64,000 nt of DNA from Malacoraja senta (lineage: Eukaryota). Made by a program: the position numbers and the translations under genes. Location of the stretch: the NCBI GenBank assembly GCA_038087875.1, contig CM075991.1, positions 620,001 to 684,000 of the forward strand, given 5' to 3'. Under the pieces are notes generated by a model. It had not been told where the DNA came from, did not search any database, and was given only the letters and a program-made list of their open reading frames with translations. Positions 1 through 12,383 of the stretch are shown here, piece by piece. The first letter of the stretch is position 1, and each line of letters starts with the position of its first letter.

Positions 1-410
1 GAGTTTGTTTGATGGTGAGTTTAATAGCCTGATGGCTGTGGGGAAATAGCTGTTCCTGAACCTGGATGTACCAGATTTCAGGCTCCTGTATCTTCCACCT
101 AATGTTGGATGTCAGGGCCACTGCACAGTAGTCGTCTAGGCATGAGGTCTTGCTTTTCTTTGGCACTGGGATGATGGTGGTCTTCTTAAAACAGGTGTGT
201 ACCTCAGAACAGAGTAGTGAGAGATTAAAGATGTCCGCGAATACTCCCACTAGCTGGTCCGCACAGCTACTAAGGGCGTCGCAGGAGCTCCCTCTGGGCC
301 AGTTGCCTTTCATGGGTTTACTGGCCCAGAGGAAGGCTGACAGCGGGGAGAAGCTGTTCCCAGGTTTGGTGATTGGTGCTGACCAGCTTTTGTATCTCCG
401 GCCTGTTGGG
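1..410 (-). mobile_element. Degraded LINE fragments (Rex/Babar-like)
   Basis: 1-100 resembles 50118-50210 (gagtttaatagcctgatg...ctgttcctgaacctggatg); RT-like remnants follow. Confidence 0.55.
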
Positions 411-1939
411 AGTGACTGAGGGAATGGCTGCTTCCCTGAGGCAGCCTGAAGTGTGGATGGACTCGCATTTGGGGAGGCTGGTTTGTGTAAAGTACTACGC
501 TACATCCACAACTCTGCAATTTCTTGTGGTCTTGTGCAGAGCCATGGCCAAATTAAAATAATGGACTATTGTGGGCTCCACCTTTCCTTGATCATCTTTG
601 CTGGCATTGATTTGTTCTTTTCATACATTTCATTCCTTTGTACCTTTTCATGCCTTTAGTTTGCTCTCCCCTGACTCACTCTGAAGAAGGCTCGACCCAA
701 AACATCACCTATTCCTTTTCTCCAGAGATGCTGCCTGACCCGCTGAGTTACTCCACATTCTGTGTCTATCTTCGATGTAAGCCAGCATCTGCAGTTCCTT
801 CCTACACACTTACATTGCGATGCATCCTTATAGGATGCTTTCTACAAGGCATCTGTAGAAATTGTTGAGCCTAATTGAAGCCATGCCAATTCTCGTTAGT
901 CTTTTGAGTAGAGGTGTTGCTGGGTTTTCTTGGCCGTAGCATCAATGTGAGTAGGACCAAACATATTGAAGATATTTACACCTGGAACTTGACGCTCCAC
1001 ATCATCTCCCGCTTCAGCACCATTGATGGTGATTGGGGCTAGTACTCCACTTCGCTTCCTGAAGTAATAACTAGTTCCTTCATCTCGCAGATACTGTAGG
1101 GGAGGGGCGTTGTTGTCCGGGCACCATGTCACTAAGTTATCTATCTCCTTCCTCTACTCCATCTCACCTTGTTCGGGATCCACAGTGGTGTCATCTGCAA
1201 ACTGTAGCTGAAGATGCATACAAAAGCTGGAGTAACTCAGCGGGACAGATGGCATCTCTGGAGATAAGGAATGGGTGACGTTTCGGGTCCTGAAGTTCTG
1301 AAGAAGGGTCTCGACCCGAAACGTCACCCATTCCTTACCTCCAGAGATGCTGTCTATCCCGTTGAGTTACTCCAGCTTTTCGTGTCTATCTTCGGTTTAA
1401 ACCAGCATCTGCAGTTCCTTCCGACACAACTTGTAGATGGAGTTGGAGCACAATTTGGCCGCACAACCGTGAATACACTAGGCATGTAGTAAGGGTGAGA
1501 ACACATCCTGGTGGGGCACCAATGTTGAGAGTTTTCATGATGAATAATTTGTAACGATGACCATGGTGTGACTGCGCAGCCAGAGATGTAGTACCAGACT
1601 TGTTGTATGCCCTCTTTGCTGTCTACATTCCACCACTCTGCAACCACATTCTGCTCTGACTCCATCCTGATGCAAGAACCCATCAATAAGTGACAGCCCC
1701 AGGCACCAGTCTGCAGAGGGACTTCCTCATCTCCTGCTCCCACTCCCAGTCCCACTCCCGGCCCGTCTATGGGTTTAAGAGCAACACACAAAGTGCTGGA
1801 ATAACTCAGTGGGTCAGGCAGCATCCCAGGAGAGGTGATGTTTTGGGTCAGGACCCTTCTAAAGACTGATTATAGTTGTGTGGAGAGAGCTGGACGGTGA
1901 CATGGGGACAGTCCGCCCCCAGTCTGGCTGTGGATCTTG

Positions 1940-2260
1940 CACTGCCCCATGCCCCCTGCCCCACTGTCTCCCCAGCCCCACACTGCCCCATGCCCCCCTG
2001 CCCCACTGTCTCCCCAGCCCCACACTGCCCCATGCCCCCCTGCCCCACTGTCTCCCCAGCCCCACACACTGCCCCATGCCCCCCTGCCCCACTGTCTCCC
2101 CAGCCCACACACTGACCTGCTGCCCCATGCCCCCACCATCTCCCCAGCCCCACACACTGACCTGCTGCTCTCTGCACCCTGCTCCCACCATCTCCCCAGC
2201 CCACACACTGTCCCCTGCCCCCACCATCTCCCCAGCCCCACACACTGACCTGCTGCCCTC
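1940..2260. repeat. C-rich minisatellite, about 30-37 bp unit (cactgccccatgcccccctgccccactgtctccccagcccca)
   Basis: Visible tandem units running up to the CHMP7 splice acceptor. Confidence 0.9.
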
Positions 2261-2275
2261 TGCCCCGTTCTCCAG

Positions 2276-2459
2276 GACAAGGCGGCTGAGGTCTGCGACT
2301 GTGCCAGCGTTCCCTCGAAGCGTCACACCCGGTGCGGCCCTGTCCGCGCTGCAGCAGGTGTGTCGGGGGGTGTGCGAGGACGAGAAGACCTTCTGCTTGT
2401 GCCTGGTGCAGCTCCAGAAGGACAAGAAAGTGGCGGTGACCGAACTCGACGGGGAGAGG
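2276..2459 (+). CDS. CHMP7: CHMP7 internal coding exon (N-terminal winged-helix region); 184 nt with two apparent 1-bp deletions
   Basis: ttctccAG|GAC...GAGAGG|GTaagg. Reads DKAAEV/(L)RLCQRSLEASHPV/(A)ALSALQQVCRGVCEDEKTFCLCLVQLQKDKKVAVTELDGER, resembling human CHMP7 [30 protein letters not shown]...[27 protein letters not shown] as recalled. Confidence 0.9.
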
Positions 2460-2554
2460 GTAAGGTCAAGGTGGCTGGAGGGTGGGTGGGTGCGCGCTGG
2501 AGGCAGGGTGCTGGAGGGTGGGCAGTCGCTGGTGGGAGGATGTACTTGATGAAG

Positions 2555-2757
2555 GTGGGCACTCGGGTGTGGCCGCTGGACAGGGTGGGCACTCGGGGTG
2601 TGGCCGCTGGAGGAGGGCGCTGGACAGGGTGGGCACTCGGGGTGTGGGCCGCTGGAGGAGGGCGCTGGACAGGGTGGGCACTCGGGTGTGGCCGCTGGAG
2701 GAGGGTGCTGGACAGGGTGGGCACTCGGGGTGTGGCCGCTGGACAGGGTGGGCACGA
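2555..2757. repeat. G-rich minisatellite (ggacagggtgggcactcggggtgtggccgctgga)
   Basis: About 5 tandem units. Confidence 0.9.
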
Positions 2758-3257
2758 GTGGGATTCTGCTGGGCTGAGCCCACACTGACCAAGGGCAGCA
2801 GGTGCTGTACTTCCACATCGCTATATATGCTTCATCTGAACCCTGCTTATCTTGAATCAATAAACTAATCCCAGTGACAACCCTGCTTCACAAACATCCG
2901 TTAAAAGAAGGAACTTGCCTTTGTTATCCAATCAGACCCAGCAGTGTGGTGGACTCTTCAACCTCCTCCTTCAGGGATGGTCAATAATGTTTGTCCTTGT
3001 CAGGAATATCTGCACTGTGTGTGTGTGAGCAGATAAATCATATTACACCTACTCTGCATGTCGTTCCCATGCTAAAATAAGCACGATTACACAGTTGCCC
3101 ACACTTGCTCAACGTGTGATGAGATCCAAATTATATCATCACCCCCTCCCCGCCTGTATGGACCTATCACTCACCCGGCTCTGTCCTCCCCTCCTCTCAT
3201 CCAGCTTCTCCCTCCACCCCCCACAATCAGTCTGAAGTAGGGTCCCAATCCAAAAAG

Positions 3258-3778
3258 TCACCTCTCCATGTTCTCCACAGATGCTGCCTGACCCGCTGAG
3301 TACTCCAGCACTCTGTGAAGCATCACCTATCCATGTTCTCCACAGATGCTGCCTGACCCGCTGAGTTACTCCAGCACCTGTGAAACGTCACCTATCCATG
3401 TTCTCCACAGATGCTGCCTGACCCGCTGAGTTACTCCAGCACTCTGTGAAGCATCACCTATCCATGTTCTCACAGATGCTGCCTGACCTGCTGAGTTACT
3501 CCAGCACTGTGTGAAGCATCACCTATCCATGTTCTCCACAGATGCTGCCTGACCTGCTGAGTTACTCCAGCACTGTGTGAAGCATCACCTATCCATGTTC
3601 TCCACAGATGCTGCCTGACCCGCTGAGTTACTCCAGCACTCTGTGAAGCATCACCTATCCATGTTCTCCACAGATGCTGCCTGACCTGCTGAGTTACTCC
3701 AGCACTCTGTGAAGCATCACCTATCCATGTTCTCCACAGATGCTGCCTGACCCGCTGAGTTACTCCAGCACTCTGTGA
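3258..3778 (+). repeat. Tandem array of about 8 x 66 bp derived from the Penelope-type terminal repeat
   Basis: Unit tcacctatccatgttctccacagatgctgcctgacccgctgagttactccagcactctgtgaagca. Confidence 0.9.
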
Positions 3779-3834
3779 CTTTTTTTCTGATCCAAGTGTG
3801 GGACTGAGTACTTGTTACTTTGTTCATTGTCATT

Positions 3835-4830
3835 CATCATGGAAACAGGCCCTTCAGCCCAACTTGCCCATGCCAACCAGGTGCCCCATCTGCATTTGGC
3901 CCATATCCTCTAAACCTTCCTGTCCATGTACCTATCCAAAATGTCTTTTCAATGTGGTTGCAGTACCTGCCTCAACTATCTCCCCTGGCAGCTCATTCCA
4001 TATACCCACCACCGTGTGAAAATGTTGCCCTCAGGTTCCTATTAAATCTTTGCCTTCTCACCTTAAACCTGTGGTCAGGTTCTTGATTCCTCTCCTCCAG
4101 GTGAAAGACTGTGCATCTATCTACACCCCTTAAAATCTTATACACCTCAACCTTCTGAGCTCCACGGAATTAAGTCCAAGTCTGCCTAACCTCCTCCTAT
4201 AGCTCGGGCCACTCAAGTCCTGGCAACATCCTTATAGATCTTGTCTGTACCCTTTCCACCTTAACAACATCTGAAACTGAATACAATACTCCAAATGTGG
4301 CCTCACCAAACATCTTGTACGTCTGGAATATAACACACTAACCTATACTCAATACCCTGACTGATGAAGGCCAATATGTGGAAAGCCTCTTGACCACCTC
4401 TATCTACCTGTGACACTGCTTTGAAGTACCTGCACTCCTAGATCACTCTGCCCTGCCATTCTCTGTGAAGGTCCTGTCCTGGTTTGACTTCCCAAAATGC
4501 ATCACCTCACATTTATCTGCATTAAATTCCATAAACTATTCCACAGCCCCCGTTGCCAGATGTTCAAGTTCCTGCTGTAATTTGTGACCACCATCTTTGC
4601 TATCTACAATACCACCCACTTTAGTGTCACCTGCAAACTGCCTTGTGTGTTCTCATCCAAATCATTGACAACAGCAATGGGCCGAGGAACAGATCCATAT
4701 GAGACACACCACTAGTGACAGGCCTCCATTCCGAAATACACCCTTCCACCCTCTGCTTCCTTCAATTAAGCCCAATTTTCTATCCAGTCGGTTAGCTCTC
4801 TCTGGATCTCATGCGATCTAACCTCCTAGA
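3835..4830 (-). mobile_element. Degraded CR1/HER1 LINE 3' part
   Basis: Antisense CR1 RT C-terminus and 3' UTR motifs (caatactccaaatgtggcctcacc; aaacaggcccttcagcccaac). Confidence 0.8.
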
Positions 4831-5227
4831 ACATTCTAATTGTGTTCAGTTTGATTAATGTCGGGAGTATTTACTGTGCGGAATTGTCTGGCTATTACAT
4901 ACTCACCATCAACATGGACATGGTAGATATAAGCTCTTCTGTCACAGCAAATCCCCCTGTAGTCTCCGATGGGAAGTTCCTAGAGCAGGGACGGTGTGGT
5001 TAAATGTAGAGTAAACCATGCCTGATCCTCTCCCTTCATGCTCCTCCATGAACAAAACATTCCCTACACTTCCCACTAAACATCCCATGGTAAATTCCAC
5101 TCCGGTGGGTACAGTTTGACTGGAGTTCCTCTGCCCAGAGGTTGGTGTATGCTGGGTTTGATGTCTTGCTTGCTATGACAGCGTGCTGTGGTGCCCACTC
5201 AACCTCTCTCTTTCCTCTGGCGTGCAG

Positions 5228-5361
5228 ATTGTGAAGCTTGCCCACCCTGGCAGCAACAAGCCCGTGGTGGTGACGGAGGTGGACGTTGGCGTGTACCACT
5301 TGATGAACTGTGAGAAGATGCTGTCACAGAAGGCCGAGGCACTCTCGCAGGTGGCTGACGG
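5228..5361 (+). CDS. CHMP7: CHMP7 coding exon (134 nt)
   Basis: gtgcAG|ATT...GACGG|GTatgg; IVKLAHPGSNKPVVVTEVDVGVYHLMNCEKMLSQKAEALSQVAD, compare human IVKFARG...[28 protein letters not shown]. Confidence 0.95.
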
Positions 5362-6621
5362 GTATGGCAGGGCCACTTCCCATCGCTTGCTCTGCTGCTC
5401 TGTCAGCGTTCGTGTTTCCACCCAGGGGTGTCTATTGGGCACAGTACCAATCTGGAATACGTTTGATATGTGGAACATTGAACAGTAGCACAGGTACAGG
5501 CCCTTCAGCCCACAGTGTCTGTGCAGACCAAACCCAACCCAACTGCCTGCAAATGGTCATCATCTCTCCATCCCCTGTCTGTTCATCTGTCCATCCAAAA
5601 GCCTTTTCAGTTGCTGCTGTATCTGTTTGCATTGCCACCCTGGTAGCACGTTCAGGCACCCACACTCTGTGTGAAGAAACAACAGCAGCTTGGCGGATAT
5701 GACCATGTGCAGGCAGAGATTAGTTTAACATGGCATCTTGTTCAGCACGGACATCGTGGGCCCAAGAGCCTGTTCCTGTACTTTTAACTATCCCCCTCTC
5801 ACGTTAAAGCTATCCCCTCTAGTGTTTGACATTTCCACCCTGGAAAATAGACTCTGATTATGTAATGTGCGTATGCATGCCTCTTTATAATTTTATTAGC
5901 TTTGATCAGGTCTCCCCTCAGCCTCCACTGCTCCAGGAAAAGCAATCCAAGTTTGTCCAAATCTGTAGGAAGGAACTGCAGATACGGGTTTAAACCGAAG
6001 ATAGAACAAAATGCTGGAGTAACTCAGCAGGACGGGCAGCATCTCTGGCGAGAAGGTATGGGTGGCATTTCGGGTCGAGACCCTTCTTCAGACCCTGAGA
6101 GAAGCTGAAGAAGGGTCTCGACCCAAAACTCGAGTCCTTCTCTGGCAAGATGCTGCCTGTCCCGCTGAGTTACTCCAGCATTTTGTGTCTATGCAAGTTT
6201 ATGTCCAAGCTAATACTCCCTAATTCAGACAAGATCCTGGTAAACCTGTGCTGCACCCTCTCATAAACCTCCACATCCCTCCTGTGATGTGACAACCAGA
6301 ACTGTACACAATAACCCCCAACTGAACCGTTATATAGCTACAACCTGACTTCCAACTGTTTTGCTCAATGCCCCGACCAATGAAAAGTGTACCATAACCC
6401 TTGTGTAGCACTATATCTATTTGTGTTGCTACTTTTGGGGAGCTATGAACATCCCTCTGTATATCAACACTGTTTAAGATTCTGCCACTTACTTCCCTCT
6501 TGCACTTGACCACCCAAAATACAACCTCTCAGATTAAACTCCATCTGCCGTTTCTCTGCCCACATAATCTGCTGTATCCTTTGACAATCTTCCTCACTAT
6601 CCACTTCCTCAATCCACGTTT

Positions 6622-6880
6622 AGGCGGCACGGTGGCGCAGCGGTAGAGTTGCTGCTTTACGGTGCCAGAGACTGAGGTTCGATCCTGACCCCGGGTGCTG
6701 TCTGTATAGCTTTAGCATGTTCTCCCTGTGACCGCGTGGGTTTCCACCGGGTGCTCGAGTTTCCTCCCACATTCCAAAGACGTGCAGATTTGCAGGTTAA
6801 TTGGTTTCTGTAAAATGTCTCTAGCGTGTAGGATAGTGCAAGTGTACGCGTGATTGTTGGTGGGCGCTGACTCGGTGGGC
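6622..6880 (+). mobile_element. HE1-like tRNA-derived SINE. Further copies at about 11720-12160, 16695-16965, 18768-19055, 26345-26625, 26700-26958(-), 28875-29280, 30742-31010, 42198-42500
   Basis: A box ggtggcgcagcggtag, B box ggttcgatcc, central gggtgctccggtttcctcccaca domain, CR1-type tail in most copies. Confidence 0.85.
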
Positions 6881-8061
6881 AGACTTACTAATCAGCCCAC
6901 CTATATTTTCATCCAAATCATTGATATAGAGGCCCCAGCATTGATCCATGCAGAACACACAACCCACCAGTCTGAGAGCACCCCTTCTATGAGTAAGCCA
7001 GTTGAATCCTGTTCACCAAGTCATCATGGATCCCAAGTGCCTATCTTCTGATCAACCAACCTTGTCAAATGCCTGACTGACGTCCATGGCGACAACACCC
7101 ACTGCCCTGTCTCCAACGATCACCTTTGTTACTTCCTCAGAAAACAATTGATTTTGTGAGTTAAGACCTCCCCACCTTAAAGCAATGAGGACTACCCCCA
7201 ATGAGTCAACACTCCTCCAAATGGGAATAAATCCAGTCCCAAAGTATCTTCTGGAGTGATTAGTATTCTGCTTTATTCTACTTGAATCACCCCAATGTTG
7301 TGGGCAGAGGGCGGCTTGACCATGCAGGATGTGTCACAGATACAGCTGGTGCCATCAGACGATGGTCGGGGAGAGAGCTGTGTTGAACTTCTCCCTTCCA
7401 CCTGAGATGGGCTGAACCTTTCATGCAGTGCACTTCTTCCATCAACCTTCGTGTAGGTCGAGTGTTGGTGAGGCCACACTTGGAGTACTGTGTTTGGTTT
7501 TGGGTCACCCTGCTATAGGAAGGATGGAGTTAAGCTGCAAAGATTGCAGAGAAGATTTACAAGCATGTCGCCAGGACTTGAGGAGCTGAGCTACAGGGAG
7601 AGATTGGGAAGGCTAGGAGCACAGGAGGCTGAATGTGATCTTATAGAGGTGTATTAGATCATGTGGGGAATTGACAGGGTAAATGCACAGTGTCTTTTAC
7701 CCAGAGTCGAGGAATCAAGAACCAAAGGAGTGGGGTTAAGGGGAGAGGGGCAAGATTTAATAGGAACCTGAGAGGCAACTTTGGTGTATGAAATGTGCTG
7801 TCAGAGGAGGTAGTTGAGGCAGGCATATTACAGCAGGGTGTAAAAGATGGGTACATGGATAGGAAGGGTTAAAAAGGATTGGGGGCAAATGGGACGAGCT
7901 CGATGGGGCATCTTGGTCGGCATGGATGAATTGGGCCGAAGCTGCATGACTATGAGCCTATCAGAAGATGCATGGCGTGTGAAAATAACAAGAAGGAAAA
8001 TAAATCATTGTTTTGTTCAAAGAAATAAGGCATTTATTTAAACGTGTATTTTTCTTTGCAG

Positions 8062-8110
8062 GTACCAGGAGGAGGCAAGGAAGCAAATCAGAGCTGGTAA
8101 AAAACATCTG
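8062..8110 (+). CDS. CHMP7: CHMP7 coding exon (49 nt)
   Basis: tttgcAG|G TAC...CATCTG|GTgagt; YQEEARKQIRAGKKHL; phase fits both neighbours. Confidence 0.93.
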
Positions 8111-8665
8111 GTGAGTGAGGGATGAGTTACTCCATTCTGCCGGTAACGTTCAAAGGTTTCAAAGGTCTTTGATTGTCCCGTGCCAATTAAGGTACAGTGA
8201 TATGCAAATTACCATACAGTCATATGAAAAAAAAAGCAGCAAGACACACAACTACATGAAAGTTAACATAAACATCCACCACAGAGGATTCCCCACATTC
8301 CTCACTGTGATGGAAGGCAAAGTCCAATCTTCTTCCGTCTTTACTCTTCCGCAGTCGGGGCAGTCGAACCATCTGTCCGCCAGCAGAAATGAGTGAAACA
8401 CACAAGTGGGCATGTAGTTTTTTTACAGTAGGTGCTACGGTTTGTGTTACTGTGCCACGTTGATGAGACAGCAGAGAAACTAGAGGGGAGAGTGGTCAGC
8501 ATGAGCGAGGCCAGAGTTGGGGCTGTGTGGGGGAGGGGATTGTGTGGGGGGAGGGGGCTCTTGTGGGGGAGGGGGTGGTGTGGGGGAGGGGGCTGTGTGG
8601 GGGAGGGGGCTTGTGGGGAAGACCTGTGTCCCAGCTGTACTGTTTGCTGCACCTTTCCATTGAAG

Positions 8666-8785
8666 GCACTGAAATCTCTGAAAATGAAGAAGAGAACATT
8701 TAAACAAGTGGAAGATATCCACGCCAAGCTTGATACGATTGACACCATCCTCAATCGCATTCGCTCCTCCCAGACCGACCTAAAG
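8666..8785 (+). CDS. CHMP7: CHMP7 coding exon (120 nt), Snf7/ESCRT-III domain
   Basis: tgaAG|GCA...CTAAAG|GTaatg; ALKSLKMKKRTFKQVEDIHAKLDTIDTILNRIRSSQTDLK. Confidence 0.95.
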
Positions 8786-10129
8786 GTAATGAAGGATTTT
8801 GCTCTTGTCTCCCTTTGGCCATTGCGAAAGGATAATGTTGAAAGCTGCCGTGTTAACGTTGAGTGAACCGAGCTCCGTCCCGCTGCCATGGTTATGGTGT
8901 AGTGTACGCTAAGAACGCAGCCATACCTTGAGCGTGGCACGGAGACTGGTGTAGTGCCTGAATATATCCCGGAACTCAGACCCTGGAGAGATGGCAGCAT
9001 GGGCATTTAAGACGGTTTGCATGACGCGTGCGATAATGTGCTCGGACGAAGTGCATAGTTACCAGTCGGAATTATGCTCAATGAAGCATTCACATATTAT
9101 GTTCAAGAAGAAACTGCAGATGCTGGAAAATCGAAGGTAGACAAAAGTGCTGGAGAAACTCAGCGGGTGCAGCAGCATCTATGGAGCGAAGGAAATAGGC
9201 TGAAACCCATCAGTTTCAGGCCGAAACCCATCAGTCTGAACAAGGGGTTTGGCCCGAAAGTTTGCCTATTTCCTTCACTCCATAGATGCTGCCGCATCCA
9301 CTGAGTTTCTCCAGCACTTTTGTCTACATTCACATATTATTTCTGCTTCAAATAACTCACAAACTAAACATATTCACCAATCAAGATGATATATCCCACA
9401 ATGACATGCAGCAAAATTATAAGACAGTATCTCAACTCTTTTTACACATTGCAATTAATGTAATTTCTATTAGTTCTTTCCACTTCCAAACAAAAATGTG
9501 GTTGGATTATTCAGCGTATGATCAACCTGTGTCAATAAATCCTGGACCATGGTAACATATATGCTTAACCATGCACACTACAGATTGATGCAAGCATGTT
9601 CGCTGTGAAAGACAGAAAATTATCATGACATGGCCTTAGCATGGGTCGTTATTGCTATTGGTACAGAAACACTCCCGCTTCCCACATAATTTATCCATAT
9701 CAAAATATACAGGTTGCAAGGAAATTTCTAAAGGCATTTTATAATAGCTGTTAAAACCGACTATACCCATCTGACAGGTTAAACATTACACTAACTGACA
9801 AAAGATGGCCAAAGTACATAACTGCAGCAAATGTTCTTTTGGTAATATGTTTAAAGGTCAAAACAAATAATAACATTGGGAATTAAAACACATTTGATTG
9901 CATTCCGTTATCAAACATAGTCAATGTTCACTCTGAAGACCATGAAGCACAATAGGGTCAGGGAGGGGAGGGGGTGTGAATCAATGCGGGGTGGATAGAT
10001 GGCGGGGGGGGGGGGGGTTAAGAAGGCAATCGGTGCGGAATGGATGGATTGAGGCAGGTGAATTAGTACGTGTTGGTTGGAGTATGTAAAATTGTGAGGG
10101 GAGAGCACGGGGGATGTCAGTGGTGTTGA

Positions 10130-10720
10130 ATGGGGGTGTTCAGTACAGGATGGATGGGGGGGGGTTCAGTACAGGATGGATGGGGGGGGGGTTCAGTACA
10201 GGATGGATGGGGGGGGGATCAGTACAGGATGAATGGGGGGGTCCAGTACAGGATGAATGGGGGTAGACAAAAATGCTGGAGTAACTCAGCGGGTGAGGCA
10301 GCATCTATGGAGCGAAGGAAATAGGCAACGTTTTGGGTCGAGACCCTTCTTCAGACTGTTCCCCCCATTCTTATTGAATGGGGGGATCAGTACAGGATGA
10401 ATGGGGGGGTGGGGGTCAGGACAGTGTGGATCGGAGGGTCTGTGCAGGATGAATGGGGATCACTACAGGATGAATGGGGATCACTACAGGATGAATGAGG
10501 GGATCAGTACAGGATGAATGGGGGATCAGTAAAAGATGAATAGGAAGATCACTACAGGATGGATGGGGGGATTGGTGCAGGGTAAATGGAGGGTGGGTCA
10601 GTACGGGATGAATGGGAGGATCAGTGTAGTATGAATGGGGGGGGAGAAGTGCAGGATGGATGGGAAGGGGGGTCAGTACAGGATGAATTGGGGGACCAAT
10701 GTAGGATGGATGGGGGGGTG
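10130..10720. repeat. G-rich minisatellite, about 21-24 bp (gatcagtacaggatgaatggggg), interrupted by a Penelope-type repeat
   Basis: Tandem units visible. Confidence 0.85.
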
Positions 10721-11094
10721 GCAGGAGAATCAATGCGAGGTGGGTAGGGTGATGAATAGATTGGGGGGGAGGGGTAGATTGGGAGGGGAGCACAGGGGAT
10801 GTCAGTGAGGACTGAATAGAGGAGGGAATGGGGATCAGTGCGGGATGGAGAGGAGGGGTCCCAGGATAAGAGGGGTGGAGGGGGGCGTACAAGAGAGAGG
10901 GGGGGAAGGGGCAGAGGAGGTGGGGAGGGAGGAAGGAAGGTCAGCGCTCCTCGGGCAACATCGCCCCGCTGCCTTGGCCGTCCCTGTCCAACGCCAAAGT
11001 GCCGCCGCCAAAGGGGGTGGCAGATGGGACTCCTCGCCATCGCCTCCCCTCCTCCACCAGCCAACAGCAAGGTGCGGGGCCGAGCGGTGCAGCT

Positions 11095-11122
11095 CAAAGA
11101 TCCTATAGCTGTAGGATCTTTG
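11095..11122. mobile_element. 28-bp palindromic hAT-like mini-element
   Basis: caaagatcctatag/ctgtaggatctttg flanked by gtgcagct on both sides (11087-11094, 11123-11130); same termini as the element at 21949-22344. Confidence 0.8.
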
Positions 11123-11138
11123 GTGCAGCTGCTTCAGA

Positions 11139-11390
11139 CGGCGGAAGGAGGCCTCCGTCTCCGTCTCCCCGCCCCCCCTCCCTCTCCCTCCCTCCCTCCT
11201 CCCAGCCTCGGCGTGCGAAAGGGGTTGTTTTGAAAGCGCCATTGGCGGATTTGCAGGCAGCTGCCGTTATCAGGGCGATAGCAGCCGCTGCTTGCAAATC
11301 CACCAACGGCGCTTTCAAAGCAACCCCTCGCACGCCGAGGCCGGGAGGAGGGGGTAGGGAGGGAGAGAGAGGGAGGCCTCCTTCTGCCGG
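11139..11390. repeat. GC-rich long imperfect inverted repeat, probably inside a DNA transposon ending at about 11714
   Basis: ggggttgttttgaaagcgccattggcggatttgcag pairs with ...ttgcaaatccaccaacggcgctttcaaagcaacccc; hAT-like terminus aatttcgagtcctg at 11701-11714. Confidence 0.75.
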
Positions 11391-12383
11391 GTGGGGTGCG
11401 GGAGGAGGAGGCGGTGGAGCCGCTGTCGCGGCCGCTGCATCACACTGCTGCCACACGGGGCCCTTCATTCGCTCCGACCCTTCGTCACCCCGCTCCTAGT
11501 ATCTTTGCCCCGCACAGCCGCTGCCGACACAAAACATCACGTTCCCATTCTCCAGAGATGCTGCCTGACCCGCGGAGTTACTCCAGTTTTTTGTGTCGAT
11601 CGGTATAAACCAGTATTTGATTGCCACGCCGGGCAAAATGACTCGGTGTTTAGGTTGCCCGGCGGCACTTTGGGTGGTCAATGGCACCCGGGCAACCGCT
11701 AATTTCGAGTCCTGCAATGTAAACCGAACTATGGGTGCTACCTGTACAGAGTTTGCGCGTTCTCCCCGTGACCGCGTGGGGTTTCTTTGTGTGCTCCGGT
11801 TTCCTCCTACACTCCAAAGACGGACAGATTTGTGGGTTAATTGGCTTTGGTAAGTTGTATAATTGCCCCTAGTTTGTGTAGGTTAGACAAAAATGATGGA
11901 GTAACTCAGCAGGTGAGGCAGCATGTATGGAGCGAAGGAATAGGTGACGCTTCGGGTCGAGACCCTTATTCAGACCCGAAGCACCACCTATTCCTTTGCT
12001 CCATAGATGCTGCCTCACCTGCTGAGTTACTCTAGCATTTTTGTCTACCTTTGATTTTTCCAGCATCTGCAGTTCTTCCTTAAACATTTAGAGTACCGGG
12101 TGATCGCTGGTCACTGTGGGCTCGGTGGGCCGAAGGGTCTGTGTCTGCACTGTATCTAAACTATGAGGTAGTGTCCTGACCTAAAACATCGGCTGTCCAT
12201 TCCCTTCCCAGATGCTGCCTGGCCCGCTGACTTCCCCAGCTCAATACTGAATGGGTGCCATTACAGATAAAGACAGTAATAATACAGCAAAAAACAGGCC
12301 CTTGGTCCACTCGATCGCCTGTTTAAACTACTTGTCTAAATGCCCCATAACACAGTCATTGCAATTGCCTCCACCATCTCCAC

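Noticed and set aside
1848..2868. Many long overlapping Pro/Gly/Cys-rich ORFs
   Set aside because: Caused by GC-rich minisatellites; only 2276-2459 is a real exon
6622..6695. tRNA gene
   Set aside because: A and B boxes continue into the SINE body; many diverged copies in the window
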